Under the pieces are notes generated by a model. It saw only the letters and a program-made list of their open reading frames with translations. It searched no databases and had not been told where the DNA came from. From assembly GCA_008632985.1 (NCBI GenBank), contig QPGO01000061.1, positions 1 to 64,000 of the forward strand: a stretch of 64,000 nt of DNA, in the 5' to 3' direction. The stretch is from Psammoneis japonica. Lineage: Eukaryota. Made by a program: the position numbers and the translations under genes. Positions 36,280 through 49,149 of this stretch are shown here, piece after piece (the stretch's first letter is position 1; each line of letters begins with the position of its first letter).

Positions 36280-38700
36280 GCAGCCAAATTCACAAATGTG
36301 AGAAATGTTGGCCATCTGTCCTGCTGCAACAGTCTCTGGAACCTTGCCATCAAGTTCAAAGATGTCATGGACTGCCACTCTTGAGTTCACAAACAGCTCC
36401 CTCAGCGGTGTTGGGCCAAGGAGTGCAAGGCTCAGTTTGTCAGATGTGACAGTCAGCCTCCCTTGCTTTCTCATTGAATTGCTCCACCATCTCTTCTTTT
36501 GCCCCATTGACTGTCATGGTGTGGGGCACACTGTCCTGCATGAAGAGTGATGACATGCCTTGTGCACCAGATGTTCAGACTTCAAGGGACAGGCACATGC
36601 CAGCCCATTGGACATTTCAAAAACTTGTGCACAACCATTCCCTCATCTGGATTTGACAGAGGAGAACATGGAATCAGAGCACATCTCCTTTGCAGTGTGC
36701 CTGCATCACAGTTGGTGGTCACATGTCCAAAAGCAATGCAACAATGTCAGGTGCAAGACCATTCAAGCATCACACTGAGTGATGACCTTGATGGCATTCT
36801 TGACATCTTTCAGGCCAATGGACCAGCTCTTGGCCAAATGATCAGCCTGGACCTGGAGTTCTTGTCATTTCATCTTGAGTGAGGAGAGACTGACAGAAGC
36901 AAGAAGCATGTGGTCATCATGTGTGTTTGAGATGTCACACAATGGTTGCTTCCCCAGAGAGTCTGAGATTCTTTTGAGCCATGGCACATGAGAGCTTTGC
37001 ACTCATGATTTGAGCCTGAGGACATGCTGCACTGTCCCCAGTCTTGTGCACACAGCCAAGAGAATCCATCATGAAATTCTCTCTGGCTTGGTCATGCTCT
37101 GTCACTTGTGGGTTCCACTCTTGGGACTTGCAGGTCAAGTCATGTGCAACACTGCACTGCATGGTTGCTTTGTGCTCAGAAGTGGGTGGCTGGTGGGCTT
37201 GACAGTGGTGAAGTGACTGGCAACCTCACACAACTGTCTGCCATGTTGTCATGAAATTTGCACCATCTGCCTCCTTGATGATCAGTCACAGCACGCAATT
37301 GATTGTCAGGCTTTGTCAACAGAACTTTCAGTTTTAAGGAAATCTCTGCATCACTCAGCCACAACTGCATGGGGCACAAGAGATTGTGCTCAAGATGCAG
37401 TGTGTGGACAGCCTGGTGGACAACCAGGATGTGGGGTTGACCCATGGTGGGTTCCATGTGCACATTGCAGCACCACCAACCATGCACAAACACACGCCAG
37501 CACCAAGATTTGGGTCACACCCTGCAACATCTGCTGGGTGCTCATGAACAAGCAGCATTGAAGCATGCTTTCCTGGTGCACTTGCACCAGCATTGCTGTC
37601 TGCTTCAGCCCAACTTTCCTCATGCACAACTGTCAACATGGCAGTGTCTGAGTCAAGTGCAAGGATTGCAATGGACTGAGTTGCACAGTCAGAGGGGAGG
37701 ACAGTCAGCCCTGGTTCTTCTTGAACAGCTCACACACTGGAGCCATGTTGTCATGATCACAATGTTGCTTGGTGGTGGGAGGCTTTTGCTGAGTCCTCAG
37801 CCTTGGATTTGCCTCCAGCCAGAGTCAGATGGACCCTTGAGCTAGACAGGAATGGCAGCAATGGTTTTTGTGAGTGCCTCAATCTACTTGGCATTGTCAG
37901 CGTTGGCGGCCTTGGATGACTTGTCCTTTGGTGTGTGACCGCATCTTGCAAGGATTTCAGTTTCTTCTTGGCCTTGGAAGACATGGTGTTGTGCTCCTTG
38001 GGAAGACAGCAGTTGTCTTTGATGTCTTTGGTGAGAACAACATCATGCTTGCACTTGCCAGTCTCAAAAGCATCAATTTGCAGCTGTTTCCTGTTGCTGC
38101 CAGGCTTGGCCTGCTTGACAAAGTCCTCAAACAGGATGATGCAAGCCTCAAATGACATGTCCTTTTCAATTTGCAAAAGTTGTTGGATCTTGGAATGATG
38201 TTCCTTGAGTGTGCATTGTTCAACATGAACATGCATGCAACTCTCAAAGAAGTTCCAGCTGTGATGTTTGTCGTGGTGCACAGAAAACCCATTCCCCCCA
38301 AGATGGAGCCCAACTTGGGGGACTTTTCCCTCCCTTGACATGTCTGGCTGCTGGCCCCTCCACTGCCACATGTGGAGGGGTCCTGCTGCAACTTGAGGGT
38401 TTCCCGTCTGTGTTGCATCATGTCAAGGGTTGTCATGTCAAGGTGGCTCACCTGACTTGCACTCCCATGATGTCACCCAAGAATGTCACTCGCTCCAGTT
38501 CTGAGACTTGTTGATGTCACACTGTGATGCAATTTTGCAACATCAGATCCACTCCACCCCACAGGGATGACGTCACCATTGCAACGTCAGAATTTTTGAC
38601 CTGGCCCGTCTGTGCTAGACTCTGAAATGGGTGTTTGTGCTGTCTCACATTGTGCATTTTCTGTCTTGGCTCAGCAGTTTTGCCCAATCTGACGCTTCGC
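36280..38700 (-). mobile_element. Degenerate, truncated copia (different CoDi-like family): gag end, protease region, integrase
   Basis: WNFFESCMHVHVEQ, CCLPKEH (YYxPxEY), GCDPNLG, HILVVHQAVH...HNLLCPMQL, DSMFSSVKSR*GNGCAQVF, EPCTPWPNTAE, GKVPET...ISHICEFG. Ends are approximate. Confidence 0.8.
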
Positions 38701-41338
38701 ATTTCGACACATGATGGAATCATTGTGCAACAACTGGCAACAGTGTGCTGTTCTGCTGTTGGTCAAACCATCCTGTTGTTTCCACTTCTGCCAAATTTGT
38801 CACTGTCGGATGCCACACCAGCTGCCGTTCCTGTGATCTCATGCTTCCATCTTTTGTTTTTCTTCCAGAGATGCGCCCTCCGCTCTGCAACTGTTGGTTG
38901 CCACAAGCAATGCAATGTGCCACCCCACAGCACCTGTTGTTCTTTGCACATCCAACCCACTCTGTGGTCATTCTCCATCCTCTTGGTTTTGCAACATTTG
39001 CATTTGAACCCAACAAGCTCCCACCTGTGAAAGACATTTGCAGCAGCAAGAGAGCCGTGTGCCATTCTTGTTGTCAATGGAAAGAACATTGCAAGTCACA
39101 CGTGTGGCACACACTTGCCTCTTTGATGTCTTTGTCCTCCTCAGCCTGCTTGGTTTCCCGCTCTGCATCTTTAAAAGCAAACCTTGCAGCATCAATCTTG
39201 ATTGTTTCTCTTGTCTGTGGCATCCTGTCCATTCATTGGCTGTGATGGTTTGGGGGTTCCTGTTGTTGGTGCCATTCATGTGGGAGGAAGACCGAGTGCA
39301 CCCCCGGTTGCGCTCCACCACCAGTTGTCCATGCTTTCTGTCCAATGTTCAGTCAAAAAGCAGATTTGTGTGCTGGTTGCAGCTCCATCAGATGTGTCCT
39401 CTGCAGTTTTCAAAGTTTTCACAGTTGCTGTTTGCAGGTGCTGGAAATGTCCATCGCCGAAGTTCTCAAATTTGAATTTAAACAATGATGACGTGCGGTT
39501 GTAAATTTGTTCACAATGCAGTCATTTTGAACAATGCAGGCATGCAGCCTTTTAAAAAGTTTGTTTCAAACCAACGTTTTCCTTTGTTGATGAAGATCCC
39601 TGGCCCAATGTCCAATTTCCTTGTGATGTGGACGCCTTTTTGTGCGGCACGTCACAAATGCAATGTCAAATTTTAGGCCCAATGCACCACTTGCAGTCTG
39701 GCAGCTGCCATTGACGGTGCCACCGTGGCCCCAACCCATGCTTGACATTGTCAAAGCAGCTCCTGCTCACTCCATGGTGGAGTTTGTGTCTTTTGTAGCT
39801 GCCACTGCCACAGCCCCTCCCCGTGCCTTTTTGTGGGTTGACAGTGCATTGCCACAGCCCCTGACTCTGTGATTTGCAACGTGCTCGACAGCAGAGTTCA
39901 TTTTCCATGATTTTTGAATTTTCCACTTAGTTTTTTTTTGTGAGTGCATCCATCATTGTTGGTCATCATGTCCTCCACAGAGTTTCAGGGTTGCCACAAC
40001 CAGCAAAATGCCAACAATTCACATGCACTGGCTTTTGGGGGCAGCCCAACCCTTTTGACAGAGATTTTGGGTCTACAACATTGAATGGCACCCCCCTTCC
40101 TTGGAGGTGCCACTCTCAGTCTTGCCGGGGAGCAAACCCATGGCTCTCTGAGGCGGTCTCAATGTTCAGAGGTGGGGGGGATGGCCAAAGGCATCCCAGG
40201 CCACGTGAGCAACTTTGCAGAAAGATGTCACCTGGGCACAGCTGCAGCCGGCAACCCAGGCAGTTGCTCAAAATGTTTGGAGACAAGGAGCATGGCATCA
40301 ACTCAAGCCACCCAAATGACATGGTGTCAGCTTGAGCTGCCCCACATGACATGGCATTTTCCTGTAGAAACATGGACAAAGATTAAAGGAAAACAAGAGG
40401 TTGAGAAGACAAAAAATGCGCTGAATCAACATGATCCGTCAAATGCTGTGGAGTGATTCACTGACTGAGAATGTGAGAATGAAATGACAGCATGATGACA
40501 CAAGCAGTTTTTGTTCATTTTTGGACTTTTTCTCACCTCTCTTTTCACAGATGCACTCGTCAGAAGCAAAATAAATCATGCCATGAAATCCAGCAATGGT
40601 TGACGATGCCGTCAAGGTGGTTTCAGTGGTGGTTGGCGGTTGGCGGTGGTGTGTGTTGAAATGGGCAAGGATGAGAGGGAAATCTGACCTGACCATTGTG
40701 ACACAGCATGACATTTCACTGTGTGGTCCATGACACTGCATGGTGTGCCAGAATCTGACATTGTGGTGGTGACATCAGCAGTCATGTGGGAACAATGTGA
40801 AACATCATGAGCACACAGAGGGAAATCTGACCTTGCATTGTGATGTTTCACTGTGGTGAGCCAGAATCTGACATTGCGGCCATGACATCACAGCATGCAT
40901 TGACACGGGGAAGTTTCATGGATGGTGTGCTCATTGAAATGTCCAGACAGAAACACAACAAAACAATGCTGTTAATGGAAAAATGTCTGGTGTGACATTG
41001 CCAAGCAGAGGGACATCAACACAAGGGAGGTTTGGGGGGAAAGTCACTTGAGATGGTGCACCCCTGACATGGAAACCCAACACAAGGGACTCCCTTGAGA
41101 ACAAGTCCTTTGCAATGGAAAAAACACCCTCAAGCTGTCCAAAGTCTGGTGAAACCCATTTTTCCTGTGTGGGACAGCTGGGCCAAGTGCTTTTTGGCAG
41201 AAGTGGCATGTTGTCCACATTGTTGGGAACCAAAAAAGAACAGTTGCACAAGTTTGGTGTGCTGTCCTGCCATCCTGCTTGCACTGGACGGACTTGGCAC
41301 AAGCCCATTGAAATGCTCTCTGGTGATGCTGGAGATGA

Positions 41339-41560
41339 TCTCCCAAGAAACTTTGACTTTGTCATCAATGAAAGTTTCAGCAGGCTGGGGATTTGTTGCT
41401 GCAGCCAGGTGAGGAGCTTGGGCAATCATCTCTTCACACACATTGGCACATCTCCCAAGAAACTTTGACTTTGTCATTAATTGAAGTTTCAGCAGGCTGG
41501 GGATTTGTTGCTTCAGCCAGGTGAAGGGCTTGGACAATCATCTCTTCACACACATTGGTG
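41339..41560. repeat. ~112-bp tandem duplication within a degenerate unknown ORF
   Basis: Two copies of atctcccaagaaactttgactttgtc...tcttcacacacattgg. Confidence 0.85.
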
Positions 41561-42430
41561 CAGTTGGTCTGGATGTCATCAATTTTGGGGGGAATGGCTT
41601 GGCTGTCACGAGTGGCCATGACAGGCAGGCTTGCAGATGCTCTTGAACTAATTCCATCATCTCATGCAGCCAAGTTGTTGTCAATGATGACAGGTGGAAC
41701 TTTTGCATCTTGTCGGCTCCTTCAGCAGTGCAAAGGTGATGACACCCCACATGGCAAATTCTTCACTTTTTGGTTGTGATCCACAATCATGCTTCTTTTG
41801 CTGCCACAAATCCAGTGCAGCATTCACTTGTCCCCAGCATTCAGGAGAAAAGAGCACAACACCCTGTCTGCCTCTCTGTCTCCCTCCCAGATTTTGGGTG
41901 TTGTCACTTGCAAGGATGATTGCAGTGACAGTCTGTTTGTGCAATGACTCCTGCACACATTTTGTGCTTTCATCCATCCCTGCCTCCTGCAGCCTTGTCC
42001 AGCCAGCTTGACCCAACACTTGGATTGGGCTGGAGGTGGTGGGGATGAATGAAAGTGCAAAATGTGCTGCACGTGGCAACACCCAATGCTTTTTTGCTGA
42101 TCAAGCCATGAAAAAAAGCCACACTTTTGCCACAAGAGCAAAAATGGTGACTGGACTGCACTTGGTGCATCATGTTTTGACAAGAGTTTGATGTTTGGCA
42201 GCCTTCATCCAATCTTTTGCATCAACAAGGATGTGATGCAGTTGTTGGAACAAGTGGAGTTGGTGTTGTGGTTTTTTCATTCATTTTTTTGTGAACTGTG
42301 ATTGATGAGCCATGGTCAGTCACACTTGGAGTGGATGTCATCTTGCATCTGTGCAGTTTGCCACACAGCATTGCACAAATTTTGTCAATTGCTCAACCTT
42401 TTTGCAAAAAGCATTTTGAGCCAGCATGAA

Positions 42431-42986
42431 TGGTGTTTCCCATCTGTGCATTTTGGTTGGACCAAATTGGCATTTTGGTCAAACCAAAATGCTTTTTTTG
42501 TCAACCAAATTGCCAGACCGACCAAATCAATTTGGTCAACCAAATTTACATTTGCAAAATCTTGACCAAATTTGTTCTACAGAGACCATCAATGTCAAGC
42601 CCAGAAGACAACAAAAGCCTGTCAATGTGCTGAATGTGGCACCAGAATTAATTTGAATTTTGCACGCATGGCATGTGAAGAGCTGGACGTGACAACTGCC
42701 CCTTGCTCATGTGGCTGCATTGACCACACAATGTCCACTTTCTCTCTTTCATGTGTGTTTCTGCACAAACAATGCTGATGTGGCTTCTAAGAAATTTGCG
42801 TGGCATGTTGACATGCATGTTTTCCAATGGAAGATTCCCGCTGAAAGCGCTCCTAATTCCGCAGATCAAAATGATGTTTTTGGGAAGCAAAACAATTTTG
42901 GCAGAGAGCTTCAACTTTTGTCAACAAGTTTGCACCAACCAAAACAGCAATTTGGGTGGACCAAAATGCACATTCAGGAAACACCA
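42431..42986. mobile_element. MITE with ~40-bp imperfect TIRs and internal ACCAAA/TTTGGT repeats
   Basis: tggtgtttcc...tgtgcattttggt at the left end; accaaaatgcaca...ggaaacacca at the right end. Confidence 0.7.
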
Positions 42987-44079
42987 ATCAACCAAAAGTG
43001 TCTTGAAACATCTGGGAGGAATGAAGATCCTAGACATTGAGAGTGGTCGGTCCCCCCACTTTTTTTGCTCACATTTGACCAAAACAGCTGGTGATTTTCT
43101 GCCCAAATGTTTTTTTGCTGCACTTGCAGCATGGCAACCATTGTGACTTTAGACAATCCAGGTGAGTGCAAAGGAGGGTCACTGCCATCACACTCACTTC
43201 AGAACAATATTCTCCACGTGACAGATCATTGATGTGATGTGGAAGTGTGATGGCAAAAAACTGTGTTTTTGAGAACAGTCCATGCATGCAAACCAGAACC
43301 AATGCAACCACCTGCTTGCCACCTGCTGTTTTTTATTTCTTGTGAACCACACAATTCAAACAATGCAAAGAAGCACCACAAAAACCAAAGACACAGGGTG
43401 AAAACTTTTCAAAATCAATTGGCAAATTTTTCTCCATTGCTCCTGGATCTTTGTTTTCCTTGTTGCCTTTTTTGCTTGTGGTGTCAAGCTCTGCAGCAAT
43501 GTTTCTAACTGCATCTGCACAATCGTTGTTGGCTGACAAGAACTCTGCCTCACCCGAATGCACAAATTCAAGGCTCTGTCTGATCCTTGGGAGCGTTGAA
43601 TGCCAAGGTGCCCAAGCAACAACAACTTTTGTTTTGCCAACTTTTGCAAGCCACTCTCCTGTCTTGATGCATGTCACCAAGCACTTGTTTGACATCATCT
43701 GCAGACACATGGCTGTCTGCACCTGCCTCAATGACAACATCATGAAGATCATCTTGCACAAGCCAAAGCCTCTTCTTGTGCAGACTTGGCATCCTCGTTG
43801 GAAGTTGAAGCACATGCCTTGTGCAAGATCAAACCACTTTTCAAGAGGACTGATTCATCATTCAACAATGCACACAAACCAGAATCACAAGAAAGTGTCC
43901 ACAGCAGACAGATCAACAGTGTGCGAAATGCTGTTTTTATGGTGTGTGGCATGTGGAGTCTGCAGAGTGCAGATGATTGACGGTGTGAGATCACGAGCTG
44001 TTTGGACCTTGCACGCAAATCTCAGTGTTGTGTTTCACAACATGTGTCAGTGTCTCAGCATTTTCTTTGTTCTGAATGC

Positions 44080-45572
44080 TGTGGAGTGGGGCGTGGCTGC
44101 AGAGAGCAGAGAGCAGAGAGAAATTGTTTTTCCTGCCGACAGCTTTTTGACAGATCACAATCATGACGAAAGCCTTGACGACAACGCCGATGGGGTTTGC
44201 TCCCCAGTCAAGCAGCACCTTCCAAAATGGGCTCCCGACCCTCCATCGCACAATGGTCCATTTTCTTTGCAACACATCCTTTGCATTGTTTTGGTTTTCA
44301 CCATTTTCCTCATCTTCTCCAACCTCAGCACAGTTTCGTCGACCCTCTCTTCCTCATCCTCTCTGCCTCTGAGTGCCAACCCTTTGCTTTCCTTCCTTTC
44401 TTCAACTGACTTCAAACAATGACACAGCTCCACACCACCCCTTCCTGTCACCTCCAACAGCCCCACCTCCCAAATTTCTCCACCCCGTCATTGACACAGC
44501 CCCACACCACCCCTTCCTGACACCTCCAATGGCCCCGCCTCCCAAATTTCTCCGTCCCGTCTCTGCCTCTCAACCATGCCAACACCATCAGCAATTGCTC
44601 CGGTTGCCAACTGTGTCACTCTGCTGGATTAAAAGCCAGCAGTTTTCCCAAAACACACTCTTTGACCAGGCACCTGCCAGTTCTCTCTGCTGTTTGTTGC
44701 TTCGGCATGGACGAGTTGTTCCTCGACCCGGATTCATTTGATGACCCTTCTGATTGCTCCTCCAAGTGCAACCCTTCTGATGACTCCTGCTGTGAGTGCA
44801 ACCCTTCTGACATCCATCCTCAATCCAACAATCACAACTGGACCACCACCTGAATGATTTCCTTCCTTCTTTCCTCGGTTTGTCCCACGAATGACAACGC
44901 TGCCGCATGCTCCAATGCTCCAACAACCTTTGACTCCCAAAGTTGGTGTCAACAAGACTTCCCAAATCTCATCTCTCATCCTTCCCTGCATCGGTCTTAC
45001 TCTGACTTGGACTTGCCAGACCCAACTTGGCATGATGCCATTCTCCCACCGATCACCTTCCGCCCAAGTCCTCCACCTGCTCCCCATCTTCCTCCGTTTG
45101 CTGTCCTTCCTCTGCCACCCCATTTTGCCCATTTTCTCTTCGATCCTTCGGCTCCTCCCTGCTCAATCCCCAAGCTTCCATCCTTTCGTTGCCCTCCTCG
45201 AGTCCACCGTTTCCTCCACCAACTTGGCATTACCTCCAATCCATCCTTTTGTCCTTTCCTTGTGCTCGCCTCGCCGTGGACCCCCACATTTTCACACCAT
45301 CACCAGACCTTGCCCTCCTCCTTCGCGAGCGCTTCTACGACGAGACAGCCTGTGGTGAACCTCCCCCCTCCTTCATCTACCGAGTTCCCACATCCCTTCT
45401 TCACTTTGACAACTTTCTTCTCTACATCGACAACTGCCTTGACAACTCTTTAGACAGTGTCCGCACTCTCGGCCAACCCTTTTTGTCTCCATATCCGAGC
45501 GCACTCCGCGCGACTCTCCCACCACCTATATTTTCTCCAGTCTACTCCCCTCCAACACCATCATACCGGTAG
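44080..45572 (+). pseudogene. Degenerate Pro-rich ORF of unknown origin with internal 72-bp and 30-bp tandem repeats
   Basis: Successive frameshifted ORFs; duplication at 44421-44561; DPSDCSSKCNPSDDSCCECNPSD repeats. Confidence 0.4.
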
Positions 45573-46920
45573 ACACCCTAATCATTAGACTACACTACAA
45601 GATTTCCAACTGCACGGTCATCAAAGATCAATGAAGGGTGCAAGCTCGGCGACGGGTAACAAAGCAACCAAGTTTGCTCTCTTGTCTGCCTTTTCTTCTG
45701 TTGGCACTGACAGCAAAAAGCATCAAATTTTGCGCTTGGTGATTCCCCTGGGGCCGGCGCCAACAGCACGAAATGTTATCGATTTCCTCTGATCAGTTAG
45801 AATCCACTCTAGTAGCTAGTCAAGAGTGACACAGGAGACAGGAGCAGCAGCTGCCATTATTGCACCGATTGTCAGCGAGGACACATCATGATGCAAAGAT
45901 TTCTTTCTTTTTTTTGTCATTGAAAGGATTGAAGGACTGTTGGATATTCCTCGACAGCTGAAGCTCTTTTTGGTGTAAAGCTCTAGTAGCGAATAATTCG
46001 CTACCTCTTCCCTGGGATAAAGGCTGGCGACAAGATTCTGCATTACCGATTACCGTATGTTCTCTTTGGCAGCGTGGTGCAATAACGACAGTATGGTTGT
46101 GGGCGCTCATCTCTCGGCCACGAGCTACATTTGTTACCAAAGGGCATCACTGTTCAATACTCATCGAGCTTCTATGGACAACAATTCCAAACAACAACGT
46201 GCCCATTCACAGCTTACAACTGTACAGGATGCGAAATTTCTTCGCCTCAATAAAATGGATGGTTGCTTCCGAATACGACATCGTCTCTTCTGAACTTCCA
46301 ACTGCATTGAAAGGAGAGCAAAGAAACTGCCGTGCAAAGCTCTCGAAGCAATGATCTACGTGTTATGGAATGAAGTGATCAGATTATGATATTTATGTGA
46401 AAGGTTATTTTACATCATCCTTGGTTCGCCGTTGACAAGCTACGTCCAAGTGATGCAAACGTCCATGCACTCAAATGAAGCCACGTTCGAGTGGCACATG
46501 TTGTACGCTTCGAAGGGGAAAAGACCAAAAGCTCAACCACGTAGTCTCAGTTTTCACAATCCAATGACAACTTACAGTCCCTCCCCCAACGAAAGTGTCA
46601 TACAAAGTATGAAACATGCAATGCGCAGGGAAATGCTCTCCTTCTTTCGGCTCTCGAGAGACCGTTCTCCAAATGCAGATACTGAATATGTTTGCAGAAC
46701 ACGAATAACTCCATTCAGCAACTTACCATGTTCTGCAAATATGCAATATGCAAATAAATGATTCAATGGGTAGCCTTGTAGTCCAAGTAGTGCTCACTGC
46801 TGATCTAGAACGCCGCAATGTCGTGGTAGTCGCCTGCACCAGAGTATGTCCCGGCAGCAACTTACCATGTTCTGCAAAAATATGCAACATGCAAATAAAT
46901 GATTCAATGGGTAGCCTACT

Positions 46921-48476
46921 CTAGTCCAAGAAGTGCTCACTGCTGATCTCGAACGCCGCAATGTCATGGTAGTCGCCTTCACCAGTGTATGTCCCGGCTG
47001 TGAAGCCGACAAAGACCTGTCGGCCCTTTGTGAACAAATCGGACAAAAAAAGCTGGGCTTCGAGAATATGATTGGAAGGCTTGTTTCTATGTTGCCGACT
47101 ATCATGATAGACATACACGGTTGATCCATCGTAGTCTACCCACAAGCCTCCATAATCTCCGTCTGACGTGCGAACTGTACGACTGCCGGTTTCGGCAAGC
47201 TCGGCGTTAGTTCCTTCATTGTTGATGACCTGGATATGTACGTGATTCCCACTGTCGTCGTGTTCCACTGGGGTATGATCTGAGGAAAGAGAGATCCAAG
47301 GTGAGAACGTCCAAAGGGTATGGCAGCTGAAAAAGATCAACAAAGGAAAAGTTTAAACCATGATACTTACATGAATCTAGCTCAACCACGAGTGCAGGTT
47401 TAGGTCCACTGTCGTAGACACCAAGATCACCGCCCCAACCACCTAAGGCTGAAGTGCCTGCACTGTCCTGGTGCATGGTGAATGTCATTCCAGAGGCTGA
47501 CCCATCGTTAGCACCATACATGCGGTAGACCATTTTCATTGAGAAGAAGAAATCGTCCCAATACATGGTCAGTGGAAGGAACGCGGAAGAGGCTTGTCTA
47601 TCTGCACGGTCAGCACTGAGACGTATTGCGCAACAGTGCGGGCAGAGATTGATGGTCCTTGGATAATATCTGCATTCTGATAAAGAACACCCATTCAGTT
47701 CAAAATCCGGGACCGTGTCACAATGGCCGCCCCAATCATACTCGTAAACTTCTCCCTGGTCTGTGCAGCCACCAGGGTCCGTGAGCGTCACATATCCAGT
47801 GCACGTGTCGGTCCCACCACACTCATTCTCCACGGTGAGAGTAACACGGGTTGTACCAATTTGGTAATAACTCCCAGGCTCCTGGGTTTTCCTTACGAGA
47901 GGACGACCGCTTCGATCGTATGACCCGTTGTCAATCGACACCCACCTGCGCTTGCACCAGGGTGGGCCCCTGGCGTGCATGGTCACATCCTTGCAAAGTG
48001 CCACAGGTCTGCAGCAGCAGGTGGGGCAGCACTGGGTCTCGTGGCTGTCAGTTCCGCCTTCCGGAACGACACCCTCAGGGTCCTCGCCTTTGGAATCATC
48101 GAACGGAGCCTGCTCTTCCCGGATAAAACGCTAAAAGAGAAACACAGAAAAGGAGTGATTCTTCATTCTTTGAGATGATTCATGATTGGACCTCACTGCC
48201 GAAGCACCGTACATCATTTGCCAGACCATGGAAGAGGCTTACCTCGACGGGCAAAGCAGCAGAGTTGTCCTTATCCGTGTCTTTATGGCATCAGTAATTG
48301 CATTCGTGTGCGAAATGTGCAGATGCGAACAGCAATGTGTCAGCAAGAACGAGGGCATGAAATTTTGGAATTTACCGAGTCTCCAAATCATGTCAACAGT
48401 TGGCATGCTCCGCTTCCTCACCTTGAGCATACGCAGCAAGGATAAGAGAGGCTGTAAGGAAGGTATCAAATCGCAT
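46921..48476 (-). CDS. Secreted HYR-like + L-type lectin protein, copy 3
   Basis: Same exon structure; VVELDS, WVDYD, VFVGFTAGT; stop at 46921. Confidence 0.85.
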
Positions 48477-48549
48477 GAGAATCGATCGTTACTATAACAA
48501 TGCAAAAGTAGCTGATTCGTTGTCGTCGTGTTCTGACTTTTTTCTTTTT

Positions 48550-48935
48550 ATGGGAGCCGCGTTTTGGTTTGCAGTTCAGTGTCTTTCGGTCTTGGTCTGA
48601 TGCTCGTCTCGACCAATAGGAAGACGAGATCAGACGATGCTTTAAATGTGCAGGAACATTTAACGTGGTGAAATGGAATTCAAGACATGATGTACTTAAG
48701 GAGAAAGTAATTATTTATGGGAGCCGCGTTTTGTTTTTCAGTTCGGTGTGATGCTCGTCTCGACCAATGGGAAGACGAGTCCAGACGATGTCTTAAATGT
48801 GCAGGAACATTTAACGTGGTGAATTGGAATTCAAGGCATAATGTATTTAGGGGAAAACTAATTATCAATTTGTCGGCTCGCCCAACAGGAAGGCGAGACC
48901 AGACGATGGTCTTAAATGATCAGGAACATTTAATG
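48550..48935. repeat. Tandem ~150-bp repeats (about 2.5 units) upstream of lectin copy 3
   Basis: Repeated tgggagccgcgtttt...gaagacgag...ttaaatgtgcaggaacatttaa units. Confidence 0.85.
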
Positions 48936-49149
48936 AATTTACTGCAAGAAACTTGTCATCAAGTTGGCGGACTAATGACATCATTGAACATGGAACATTT
49001 TGTGAAAGTTTGCCCTAGAGAGAGCTGCTCTAGAGAGCAGAGAGCCAAGCAGAGAGCAAGCAACATTGTCAAGGTTGACATCGGCGTGACAAATGTTCCA
49101 GAACAATTGTCGTTGCATTTCTGACGGCATGTCCCACGCACATCAGCAG

